Virus record (IMG/VR): IMGVR_UViG_3300034072_000926
Span: 372,001 to 436,000 of that record
Length of the DNA stretch: 64,000 nt
Strand: one strand, 5' to 3'
The notes beneath the pieces were generated by a model. The model made no database searches. It saw only the letters and a list, made by a program, of their open reading frames with translations, and was not told the DNA's origin. A program made the position numbers and the translations under genes. Below, piece after piece: positions 46,108-54,302 of the stretch (positions are counted from its first letter, which is position 1; the number at the start of each line of letters is the position of its first letter).

Positions 46108-47375
46108 TTGATCGTAATCTCGCTCTTAGGGTCCTCGAGACTGGCGAGGACAGTTCCATCTTGCATGATATTCCAGCTTCGTGCAATGCCATTTTTCCTC
46201 TCCCAGAACATGCTGGGTTCGGTGTAGGCCGCAACACGCATTTTCTTGCCCTTGATTTCACCTTCAAAGAAGGGCGCACCCCAGGGAAGCTGACCTTTCT
46301 CCTCAAACGCAATGTTCTCCATTGCCTCAAGGACTACAGAGAGCGACACTTGATTCGCCTCGCTGTAGAGGTTTTCCTCATTGCCTGCGTAGACACTTTC
46401 GAAGGTGGTCGAAACGTAGAGCTCTTTGAAGCAGACTTCCTGAACACCAAGCTCTGCAGCCCATTCCAAATACTTCTCAACCTCAGCGGCCGAGTTGATT
46501 CCGCTCTTTTGTAGGACGCAGATGAGACGCGACGTGATCTTCGTCTTTTTGACTTGTTCGATCACTTCTTCGGTATTCGTGTCAAGACCCATGATGAATT
46601 GGTTGACCACCGGCTCATAGTGGTGACGCGAAATTGCTAGGACATTCAAGCCATTGGCATCATAGTCTATGACCATATCGGGACGCTTTGCAAGCATTAC
46701 ACCATTTGTAATCAGGACGGTCTTGAACATTGAACTGCCGACTAAGATTGCCTTGCAGATTTCAGGATGACTGGCTAGGGTAGGTTCCCCGCCACCTGTT
46801 ATGACGAACCGAGTTGCACCGCGATGATAGGCAGTTATCATCTTGCGGACGATGGAAGGACTGAACATTGCTTTCGAGTCCTGTTCAACCGAGACCGAAG
46901 CCTCACTGAAACAGAACTTGCATTTGGCCTGACATGCTTGACCGACTGGGAGCCAGCTAATCGAGCGAGGTTCGAGAGACTCGTAGGGTTTGAAGCCACC
47001 CTGGATAGCCATCGACATAGCGTAGATTGTCTCCACGTTATATGTCTCGCCATTCATGTAGATTGTCTCAACAGGGAAGCGATTGCCCTCGATGTAGCGA
47101 CCCAGCCCCGTGCCCGTTACATCATTGGTACGAACATCGTAGCCTTTAAGATCTCCCTGCATGATAATGATCTCATCACCAGGAATGTTGAGCTTCTCGA
47201 GGAGCCGTTCGGCCTTGGCAGTTCCGATGCCGAGTTCGTGATGTCGGAGGACAAATGTCGTTCCAGGATAGGAAGACTCGGGGATGGCAGACTTATCATA
47301 GGCGCGAGCATACTTGTCGTAGGCTTTCGCAAAGTTGCTCAGCAGCGTCACATGATAATAAAAGAACATCAGCAT
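46104..47375 (-). CDS. radical SAM protein with N-terminal extension
   Basis: CQAKCKFC, ITGGGEPTL, LITNG. Confidence 0.88.
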   Translation of the reverse strand: MLMFFYYHVTLLSNFAKAYDKYARAYDKSAIPESSYPGTTFVLRHHELGIGTAKAERLLEKLNIPGDEIIIMQGDLKGYDVRTNDVTGTGLGRYIEGNRFPVETIYMNGETYNVETIYAMSMAIQGGFKPYESLEPRSISWLPVGQACQAKCKFCFSEASVSVEQDSKAMFSPSIVRKMITAYHRGATRFVITGGGEPTLASHPEICKAILVGSSMFKTVLITNGVMLAKRPDMVIDYDANGLNVLAISRHHYEPVVNQFIMGLDTNTEEVIEQVKKTKITSRLICVLQKSGINSAAEVEKYLEWAAELGVQEVCFKELYVSTTFESVYAGNEENLYSEANQVSLSVVLEAMENIAFEEKGQLPWGAPFFEGEIKGKKMRVAAYTEPSMFWERKNGIARSWNIMQDGTVLASLEDPKSEITIK

Positions 47376-47427
47376 CCCTTAGGTTTCGCACCTGTTTAGC
47401 TGATGTAGGTGTTCCAGTCAAGCGCAA

Positions 47428-47466
47428 AGAAACCCGCCGGAGAGTGGGGGAACCCGGCGGGTTTCT
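47428..47466 (-). terminator. intrinsic terminator
   Basis: AGAAACCCGCCGG...CCGGCGGGTTTCT stem with T tail on minus. Confidence 0.75.
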
Positions 47467-47500
47467 ATCCTCTAGGGTTGCTGACTACAGACTCGCAGGC

Positions 47501-47668
47501 TTATTCGGCCTGGGACTCTTGCTCGGTCACCTCCTCAGGAGTCCCTAGGGAATCTGAGCTCTTCAGAAGTTGTTGCGCTTGCTGGATTGCCGATTGCTCA
47601 TCGTTGCTCGTGACAGTGAGTGTTGCACTGTTCGAGCCTTCGTTGATGTTGAACTGATACTTCGGCAT
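47501..47668 (-). CDS. small hypothetical protein (55 aa)
   Basis: MPKYQFNINEGSNS...QAE* after CAGGAGATCGAA. Confidence 0.75.
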   Translation of the reverse strand: MPKYQFNINEGSNSATLTVTSNDEQSAIQQAQQLLKSSDSLGTPEEVTEQESQAE

Positions 47669-47784
47669 TTCGATCTCCTGCTAACCTGTTGTGCTTTTGC
47701 ACCACAACAAATTGCGCTTGTGAGCACTTCCAGTCAAATGGAAGACAAAACAGGAGAGCTTAAGGAAACAACGCTCTATCCAGG

Positions 47785-48150
47785 TTAGATGAGAGTGAAG
47801 CTTAGACGCAGAATGGCATCATTGCCGGAGACCTTAACATCATGACCGATTTGAGCAGATGCAATCTTGTTCGAGAAGTCAAGCAATTGTGCAACCGAGA
47901 TGCCGTGACCACCGTCGCTGATTGCCACTTCACCAGTCGAGCCATCGATCATAATGGAATGCGAATCAGCGAGATCCAAGCCAGTCTGGCGACAGATCAT
48001 CTTGATGTGCTTTTCCTTGATCTCGTAGTTTTCCGACTCTTCGTCCTCGTTAGTGCGAGACCTATCGTCGGCTTCTGCCTGTGCTGCAATACGCTCAACT
48101 TCCTCGTCGGGCAAGCCTGCATGTCGCAGTAGAGTGCGGTAATCAGTCAT
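47785..48150 (-). CDS. hypothetical protein (possibly late)
   Basis: GGAGG SD; upstream ATAAGTA. Confidence 0.7.
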   Translation of the reverse strand: MTDYRTLLRHAGLPDEEVERIAAQAEADDRSRTNEDEESENYEIKEKHIKMICRQTGLDLADSHSIMIDGSTGEVAISDGGHGISVAQLLDFSNKIASAQIGHDVKVSGNDAILRLSFTLI

Positions 48151-48259
48151 GTATTCCTCCATTCACTATAATACTTATCAGTCGAACAAAGGATCTATAT
48201 CTTTCAGTCACAAGAATGGGCAGGATTGCTCCTGCCCATTAGCTTGCCGAATGCCTATG

Positions 48260-48628
48260 TTAGGCTTCCGTCTGCTCGGTCTGTGCCGGCGTTTCTTCCT
48301 TCGACGTCACGGACACTTCAGCGCCCTCGACGTTGTTCTCGGCGCCCGCGGCGGTCAGAGCGAACCAGCCATACTTGTCGGGGCGCAGGCCGAAGTTCGA
48401 CGCATCGGCGATCACGCTGTTGGCGCCCATCTTCTCGACCAGCGCGTCGGCGATTTCGACGGACAGGCCCTTGCTCTTGCTGCCCTTCAGTTCCACGAGA
48501 TGCGGCGACGCCTTGCGATCCGTCGGACGAACGAAGAGGACGCCGTCCTTGACCGCGACACGCAGCTTGGCGCCGCTGCGCCCGGAAATTGCCGAAGAAG
48601 CCTGGGTATTGAAATTCAGAACACGCAT
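48260..48628 (-). CDS. 'KYGWF' paralog family protein 2
   Basis: KLRVAVKDGVLFVRPTDR...DKYGWF; GC3-rich codons. Confidence 0.8.
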   Translation of the reverse strand: MRVLNFNTQASSAISGRSGAKLRVAVKDGVLFVRPTDRKASPHLVELKGSKSKGLSVEIADALVEKMGANSVIADASNFGLRPDKYGWFALTAAGAENNVEGAEVSVTSKEETPAQTEQTEA

Positions 48629-48792
48629 TATTCGATCTCCATCTTTACAGCACTACGACCATCCTGCGCTGTTAATTCCAACTTAATGGATTGGATCCAA
48701 ACGTCAATACCGAAAGTGACATTTTTCCACATTTTTAGAAAAATGCGACTAATCGTGGGAATGGCCCGAAGCGTCCTCCGGGCCATTCAAAG

Positions 48793-49140
48793 TTAACGGC
48801 AGCGACGGTCGATTGCGCGTCCTGCCAGAGCACCAGCACCGGCGCCTACGATAGTGCCAGTTGCACGATCGCCTTCGGTATCGATGGAGCGACCCAGCAG
48901 TCCGCCTGCTACTGCGCCGAGAATTGTGCCGGTGGTTCCACCACGGCAACGCTCGCCACGATAGCCATTGCGGTATGGACCACGGCGATCATAACGGTCA
49001 TAACCACGATAAGGACGATAGTCCCTGTAGTGACGGTCATAGCGATAGCCACGATCATGACGACCATGATCCCTTGCCTCAGCGGCAACAGGAGCCAGAA
49101 CCATCAGAGAGGCCATAAGACCAAGAATGAGCTTTTTCAT
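48793..49140 (-). CDS. secreted glycine-zipper 2TM protein
   Basis: signal peptide, R/Y/D-rich linker, GTILGAVAGGLLG...GTIVGAGAGALAGRAIDR. Confidence 0.85.
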   Translation of the reverse strand: MKKLILGLMASLMVLAPVAAEARDHGRHDRGYRYDRHYRDYRPYRGYDRYDRRGPYRNGYRGERCRGGTTGTILGAVAGGLLGRSIDTEGDRATGTIVGAGAGALAGRAIDRRCR

Positions 49141-49197
49141 AGAATTCTCCTTTCCTATATGTATCTAGCACAGATCGGCTTAACCTAACCTGTATAG

Positions 49198-49644
49198 TTA
49201 ATCCTTTTTCTTTTTCTTCTGCTCGTCGAACTGTTTATAGAACAAATAGGAATGCACGCCTGCGTCCATGATGTGCTGCTCAGTCGGCGAAAGGCTAACC
49301 GCGCCGTCCTTGAGTTCTTCGATACAGCTTTTGTCGTAATATGGAAGGGGAAGATCATGGCCACTGTAGATCTTGGGATTGCTTTCAATGTCCTCGAGAT
49401 CGTGGTCGAGGATCACAAAAGCTGTATAGACTTCATCATCGCCTGGATGACATACTGCCATGGCGATCTTGTTATGGCCACTTCGCATTTCGTTCGCGCC
49501 GTCAAGGACTTCGTTGAGAGCGTCCCGAAGAGCTGTTAGGCCCTGTCGTCCGCCAATCACGTAAGCGTTGTGGTGATACTTTTTCTGAGGGAAGATAGCG
49601 AGGATACGATTCTCAGATGCTTCGATGAATTCGTCACGGTCCAT
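49198..49644 (-). CDS. hypothetical protein
   Basis: AAGGTGA SD. Confidence 0.7.
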   Translation of the reverse strand: MDRDEFIEASENRILAIFPQKKYHHNAYVIGGRQGLTALRDALNEVLDGANEMRSGHNKIAMAVCHPGDDEVYTAFVILDHDLEDIESNPKIYSGHDLPLPYYDKSCIEELKDGAVSLSPTEQHIMDAGVHSYLFYKQFDEQKKKKKD

Positions 49645-49695
49645 ATATCACCTTTTAATATTGATTAGCTGTCCTGCTCTATGTATAACAAGGAC

Positions 49696-50012
49696 AGTAG
49701 GAAAGCAAATTGTGAGGACGAAATACCGCACAAAGAATTTTCCCACTAGACTAGCATCCCTGCTCAGTGGGCCCTAAATCGGTATGGGGATACAGACCGA
49801 CGTTGACCTGCCACCGTAAACGCACAGGGGCCTTTCGGGATTGAGCTATATCAATTCTCGGGTGTTGGATATCACCGCCCTATCCAGGTACGCCTACTAT
49901 CCAAGGGGCGAAGTTGGGGAAGAACTTCTAAATAAGTCCTGCGGGGCAATCCGCCGAGGTCAACGTAGCCTCAAGAGCCAGGAAACTTTCTAGTCAACTG
50001 TTTCCTGGCTCG
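49696..50012 (+). ncRNA. candidate large structured ncRNA (~300 nt)
   Basis: TTGATT-N17-TATAAC promoter at 49661-49689; no ORF; 10-bp ACGTTGACCT/AGGTCAACGT closing stem; many hairpins; 12-bp terminal hairpin. Confidence 0.6.
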
Positions 50013-50030
50013 CTTTGCCATAAATACACA

Positions 50031-50124
50031 TGACAGAGACGCCTAATTGGTATGGGCGCTTCCGCACTTCGGGCAGGCGTATCCAGTGGAAGAGTGTAGC
50101 GGGGTTCAAATCCCCGCCCTGTCA
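50031..50124 (+). tRNA. tRNA-like RNA with extended anticodon arm (isotype not assignable)
   Basis: acceptor TGACAGAG/CCCTGTCA, D-arm CGCCT-AATTGGTAT-GGGCG, T-arm CGGGG-TTCAAAT-CCCCG; no encoded CCA. Confidence 0.65.
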
Positions 50125-50125
50125 C

Positions 50126-50317
50126 TTACGAAGCGAAATCAGGATCGATCACGCGAGGATGATCCTTGGCAGACTCGAACCCCATCTGATAGGCCGGCGT
50201 CCCGCTTTTGTAGCGTTCCATCAGCTCAGTGTGACCTTCGCCATAGTAGCGAACTCCATCCTGCTGGCCGGTCTGATACTGGGCCTGATTGGTGTCGAAA
50301 GTCAAGCTCTTATACAT
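50126..50317 (-). CDS. hypothetical protein
   Basis: YQTGQQDG...AYQMGF; AAGGA SD. Confidence 0.65.
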   Translation of the reverse strand: MYKSLTFDTNQAQYQTGQQDGVRYYGEGHTELMERYKSGTPAYQMGFESAKDHPRVIDPDFAS

Positions 50318-50332
50318 GAGACGTCCTTCCCG

Positions 50333-50587
50333 TTATACTAGGCGGCGCACTGGATTACCGTCGCGATCAATACGCTCAATAATGCCATAGCAGAATAATT
50401 GCAACTGATCCCATTCCTCGCTTAGTGCGAGGGCACGGCTATATGCCATTTCAATGAGATCCGGGATCTTAACGAACCGAGGATCCGTCGACGGAAGGCT
50501 GAATTCCTTAACGATCTTGTCCTCGAGAAGAACCGTCACATTATGATCGCGATTGGAATGGCGCGGTACATTCATTCTCTGAAACAT
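50333..50587 (-). CDS. hypothetical protein
   Basis: AAAGGAG SD. Confidence 0.7.
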   Translation of the reverse strand: MFQRMNVPRHSNRDHNVTVLLEDKIVKEFSLPSTDPRFVKIPDLIEMAYSRALALSEEWDQLQLFCYGIIERIDRDGNPVRRLV

Positions 50588-50641
50588 CGTGGCTCCTTTC
50601 TTAACACTTATGACAAATACATAACAGGTGTTAAGAGAGCA

Positions 50642-50953
50642 TTAACGGACAGCGACCTCCTTCACCTCATATTCGATGTCATAGACGTTGTCGTAGCCGA
50701 CCTCTTCGAAATAGCCGCCATCGAGTTTCAGGATCTTCTTTATCCAGTCTATCCAGTTCGTCTGGTTCAGAACCGAGTTCTTCTCGACACTGTCGTAGCG
50801 AGCATCGTAGGCATGTCGTGCTGCCTTGACTTCTTCGTTGGCCGAAAACGCCCAGGACTTTGCGAGCATTTCGTCATCCGTCACAAACGGATACGATAGT
50901 TCTTCACCGCCGCTGTAATCACCATGGTCGAGTTTGCGAATTACGAGGAACAT
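50642..50953 (-). CDS. hypothetical protein
   Basis: after cassette unit 50954-51008. Confidence 0.8.
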   Translation of the reverse strand: MFLVIRKLDHGDYSGGEELSYPFVTDDEMLAKSWAFSANEEVKAARHAYDARYDSVEKNSVLNQTNWIDWIKKILKLDGGYFEEVGYDNVYDIEYEVKEVAVR

Positions 50954-51081
50954 TGTCGATCTCCTGTTTCTGTTAACCTGGTTATAAGCGGTTCAGATTA
51001 GGAGTCAAGAGGAGATTGACTAGATATGATTACGGCACCGACCGAAGCCAGCGCCGTAATAGATTCGGGAAGAATCGCTGT

Positions 51082-51375
51082 TTAAGCGATCTTGACCGAG
51101 GGACCGCGGCCCTGATGACCCGGAATGAGGGCGAACCAGCCATACTTGTCGGCGCGGACGCCGTAGGTGCCGGCGGGCATTTCGACGCCTTCGAGCTCGA
51201 TCTTGGCGCCGTTCAGCGGGACCAGGTGTTCGGCCGACTTGTCCAGGTTCACCGCCGATGCACGATGCGTCGGACGAATGAAGAGGGTTCCATCCTTGAT
51301 ATGAGCGCGGATCTTCTGTGCGCCGACAAAACGATCCTGCCCACGGGCAGCGGTGTTCAGAGTGAGAGTTGCCAT
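51082..51375 (-). CDS. 'KYGWF' paralog family protein 3
   Basis: KIRAHIKDGTLFIRPTHR...DKYGWF; AGGTAGATCGAAC SD. Confidence 0.8.
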   Translation of the reverse strand: MATLTLNTAARGQDRFVGAQKIRAHIKDGTLFIRPTHRASAVNLDKSAEHLVPLNGAKIELEGVEMPAGTYGVRADKYGWFALIPGHQGRGPSVKIA

Positions 51376-51659
51376 GTTCGATCTACCTTTGTTCACTGTT
51401 CGGTTATAGGTTGCGGGATTGCTACCTACTTGTGAACAGCGGAACTTGCCGTTCACAGCCTGAATATATGTGATAGAATTTTATTGTCAACAGCTTTTCG
51501 CACGTTTTCTGCGGTTTTGACTACTCTATAGGGTGTTGTCAAGCGAAAAATCAACGATTACTGCGGTTTTTGCACCTAAAATTTTTCACATTTTTCTTGC
51601 ACCATAGTATAGATGTAGTACGCTATCCAGTGTATTTCAATAGGTTGGAAGCAGGTTAA

Positions 51660-52037
51660 ATGACCAAACCTACCATGTCGGATCTGATGAAGTTGACGAC
51701 AGATGAAGAGATCGACGCACTCATTATCTGTCATGCCAAGCACTTTAATGTGGTGCAAATGAACCCTGGAGGGTTTGTAAGTGGTAGCCGAAACTACCTG
51801 CACCATAAAGCATACACGATAGAAGAAGCCCGCACAATGGCCAAAGATCTACATGAGGGCGATGAGAAACGTCGTCATATCGTGATCTATGCGGTCGCAG
51901 ATATTGGCTATGTGACTAATATGAGTCGCCCCGTCGAAACTTATCCGCTTTCCAAGCCCTTTATCAGCAAAGCCGCAAAGGCTAAAAAGGAACGCGAGGA
52001 ACGTTCCTTAGAGCGTCAGACAAAGCGTAAATCCTGA
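51660..52037 (+). CDS. hypothetical protein
   Basis: 125-aa ORF, divergent. Confidence 0.7.
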   Translation: MTKPTMSDLMKLTTDEEIDALIICHAKHFNVVQMNPGGFVSGSRNYLHHKAYTIEEARTMAKDLHEGDEKRRHIVIYAVADIGYVTNMSRPVETYPLSKPFISKAAKAKKEREERSLERQTKRKS

Positions 52038-52106
52038 GAGTAAGTCGCACTACTCGAGCGCAGTTAATTTGCTTGTAAGGCTGCGATAGAGCCCCTCTGA
52101 TAGCCC

Positions 52107-52469
52107 TTAGGGTAGGGTCAGCTTCTTAGCTGCCATGTAGTCTCTACGGTATTTCAACATCTTTTCTTTGGCTTCCTCAGTGAGTTCGTCACGCTCGCTC
52201 AGTTCCTTGCAGATATCAAGCTCTGCCTTGTATTTCTCATAGAGCGGAGTGAGGAACTCGTCATCAGCAGCCGGGCCGGTGTCCAGGGAAATTCCAGAGC
52301 TACGAATCACATCGTGCCAACGCAGCCCAACATACTCTTCACCCAAGAGGCCATTGTCCATAATGGCCTGGAATGCCTTGCTGAGACCCATGTCCGCGAT
52401 TGGACCCAGTTCCTTCAATGTAAACGCCTTATCTCCAATGAACATAAAGATATTATTGTCGAGGGCCAT
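52107..52469 (-). CDS. hypothetical protein
   Basis: AGGTGA SD. Confidence 0.7.
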   Translation of the reverse strand: MALDNNIFMFIGDKAFTLKELGPIADMGLSKAFQAIMDNGLLGEEYVGLRWHDVIRSSGISLDTGPAADDEFLTPLYEKYKAELDICKELSERDELTEEAKEKMLKYRRDYMAAKKLTLP

Positions 52470-52518
52470 GCTTCACCTAAATTGACTATAAGGTGATTAT
52501 GGACGTATCATACCCTTA

Positions 52519-52845
52519 ATGTCAAATAAGAACACAAGCATCTATGTTATTGGCCCACCAGAGGGGCCCTTCAAGATTGGTTACTCGGCTAGTCCTACTC
52601 ATCGTCTGTCCAGTTTACAGACAGGGACGACTGAATACCTTATGCTTCATTACAGTGAAGAGACAGAAACCGATAAGGCAAAGGTCATCGAGAAGATGAT
52701 CCATCGCACCCTTGCACATAAGAGGATTCGAGGGGAATGGTTCAAAGTCACCCTCGAGGAAGCGATCGCAGAGGTCAAGTTTGCATTCATAAGGTGGGAC
52801 GGTGAGGATGAGCTCACCGTCCGATTTAAGCGAAAGTTGATTTAG
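52519..52845 (+). CDS. GIY-YIG/T5orf172-family protein
   Basis: IYVI..FKIGYS..P..RL..LQTG, EKMIH, RGEWF. Confidence 0.85.
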   Translation: MSNKNTSIYVIGPPEGPFKIGYSASPTHRLSSLQTGTTEYLMLHYSEETETDKAKVIEKMIHRTLAHKRIRGEWFKVTLEEAIAEVKFAFIRWDGEDELTVRFKRKLI

Positions 52846-53078
52846 CTAACTACGAACCAAATCCCTAGAGAAACTATCCCAATCCTCACAGTATCGTAGA
52901 TGAAATCCACAATACGATATGGGATTTTGAAGTCGAAGGGTTCATAGCCGTTCTCTGAACGGTATTTTCGTAGCCGTCTATCTGCGATAATGCTTCCAGT
53001 CATCGCAAAAATGACAGCACCAATATAGAGTGTGATGGCAAAAGCCACTAGGACCTTTGCCATCACAATCCAAGTCAT
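52842..53078 (-). CDS. small membrane protein
   Basis: two hydrophobic segments. Confidence 0.65.
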   Translation of the reverse strand: MTWIVMAKVLVAFAITLYIGAVIFAMTGSIIADRRLRKYRSENGYEPFDFKIPYRIVDFIYDTVRIGIVSLGIWFVVS

Positions 53079-53527
53079 GCAGCGAGAACCTGGCGGACGA
53101 CCGCGCTGGCCTTGGCCTTGTCGAGCGAGGTGCCGAAAGTTGTGGACAGATGTGCCATGATGGCGCCCATCTGCTTCATGGTCTTCTCGGGCAGCGTCGC
53201 AGCAAAGGTCTCAGCTTCGCCACGGATGTCGTCCTCGCTTGCCATCTGCGGCAGCAGCGATTCCAGCATGGCCAGTTCGCGGATGCTCTGCTCATGATCG
53301 GGCTTCAGCGCCAGCGTGTCGTTGACCTGTTTGATCGACTTCTGGATTGCACGGAGCGCGTCCTCATCAGTGACCACAGCCGACGCAGGATCCTGCTTCA
53401 GCTTGACCACAGTTTCCTTCGCGTTCGCAGTGGCCAGTGCCTGAACCGCCTGGAACGAGCCGGCCAGCGGGTCGCGAGTCTTCCGCAGCTCGAGGGTTTT
53501 TGCGTTCAACGCGGCGAGAATACTCAC
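53075..53527 (-). CDS. GatB/YqeY domain protein
   Basis: ELAMLESLLPQMASEDDI, MKQMGAIM, ASAVVRQVL. Confidence 0.85.
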   Translation of the reverse strand: MSILAALNAKTLELRKTRDPLAGSFQAVQALATANAKETVVKLKQDPASAVVTDEDALRAIQKSIKQVNDTLALKPDHEQSIRELAMLESLLPQMASEDDIRGEAETFAATLPEKTMKQMGAIMAHLSTTFGTSLDKAKASAVVRQVLAA

Positions 53528-53958
53528 TTCGTGTCTCCTTCTTCGTATTCGATTGTGACCTTAACGTCCAAATCGCTATACAGGCTTTTGAGCCTATTGC
53601 AAGCATTTAGGACAGATTCTTTCTTCCTGAATTGCTTGGCTTGGTTCTGATCGTCAACGAGCTGCGGCAACCGCCGACCAGTGTATTGCTTCTCAATGAC
53701 GTTCTCGGGACGCGCTAAGGGCTTGCGATAGCTTGCAAGGGTGCCTTTGCGTTCATGTCGAGCATGTTGTCGTCCATAACGCCTTACTGAATTATAGGAA
53801 GATCCTCGACGTGGATCATAAGGCTGACGATCAGGTAATATCGAGACCTCAATCGTCTCAGCCATTTCACCCGAATAGAACCGATGCCCTACCTTGATAT
53901 AGAAGTAGGACCCCCTCGGTAGCTTCTCGTTGGCTTTAAGGCTATTGAGCTTTGACAT
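53524..53958 (-). CDS. hypothetical protein
   Basis: TTGACA promoter with very short leader. Confidence 0.7.
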   Translation of the reverse strand: MSKLNSLKANEKLPRGSYFYIKVGHRFYSGEMAETIEVSILPDRQPYDPRRGSSYNSVRRYGRQHARHERKGTLASYRKPLARPENVIEKQYTGRRLPQLVDDQNQAKQFRKKESVLNACNRLKSLYSDLDVKVTIEYEEGDTK

Positions 53959-53989
53959 ATGTCTCACTTATAGGGAGAAAGGCGTTCTG

Positions 53990-54289
53990 TCAATCGCCCC
54001 AGGTCAGTCGAGCCAACACATAGTCGCGATCACAATCGAGCCACACCCGGCACATCTTGATCAGTTCGGGATGATGGTAGAAGACTGGCTTCATCGAGTC
54101 CTCAAAATTATCATCATTGGCTGCTAGGAACTTGCCATATTGTGTGTTCAACATCCGCTTGTAGACTAACGGATGCCGGGCATAAACGATTGCAACCCTG
54201 AGCAAATCATCGCTCAGGGTCATAAAGTCAGCAAATGTTTTAGGGGTAGGAAGAGGACGTTCGCCGCTGGACCAACCGAAGGGATACAT
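53990..54289 (-). CDS. hypothetical protein with C-terminal VLARLTW tag
   Basis: DRDYVLARLTWGD. Confidence 0.7.
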   Translation of the reverse strand: MYPFGWSSGERPLPTPKTFADFMTLSDDLLRVAIVYARHPLVYKRMLNTQYGKFLAANDDNFEDSMKPVFYHHPELIKMCRVWLDCDRDYVLARLTWGD

Positions 54290-54302
54290 CCTCTCTCCTC
54301 TC

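Noticed and set aside
49696-50124. tmRNA, RNase P RNA or group I intron
   Set aside because: No tag reading frame, no GAGGAAAGUCC P4 signature, and P7-like words are in the wrong order
51490-51660. Possible replication origin (AT-rich, CTGCGGTTTT twice)
   Set aside because: Only two short repeats; adequately explained as a divergent promoter region
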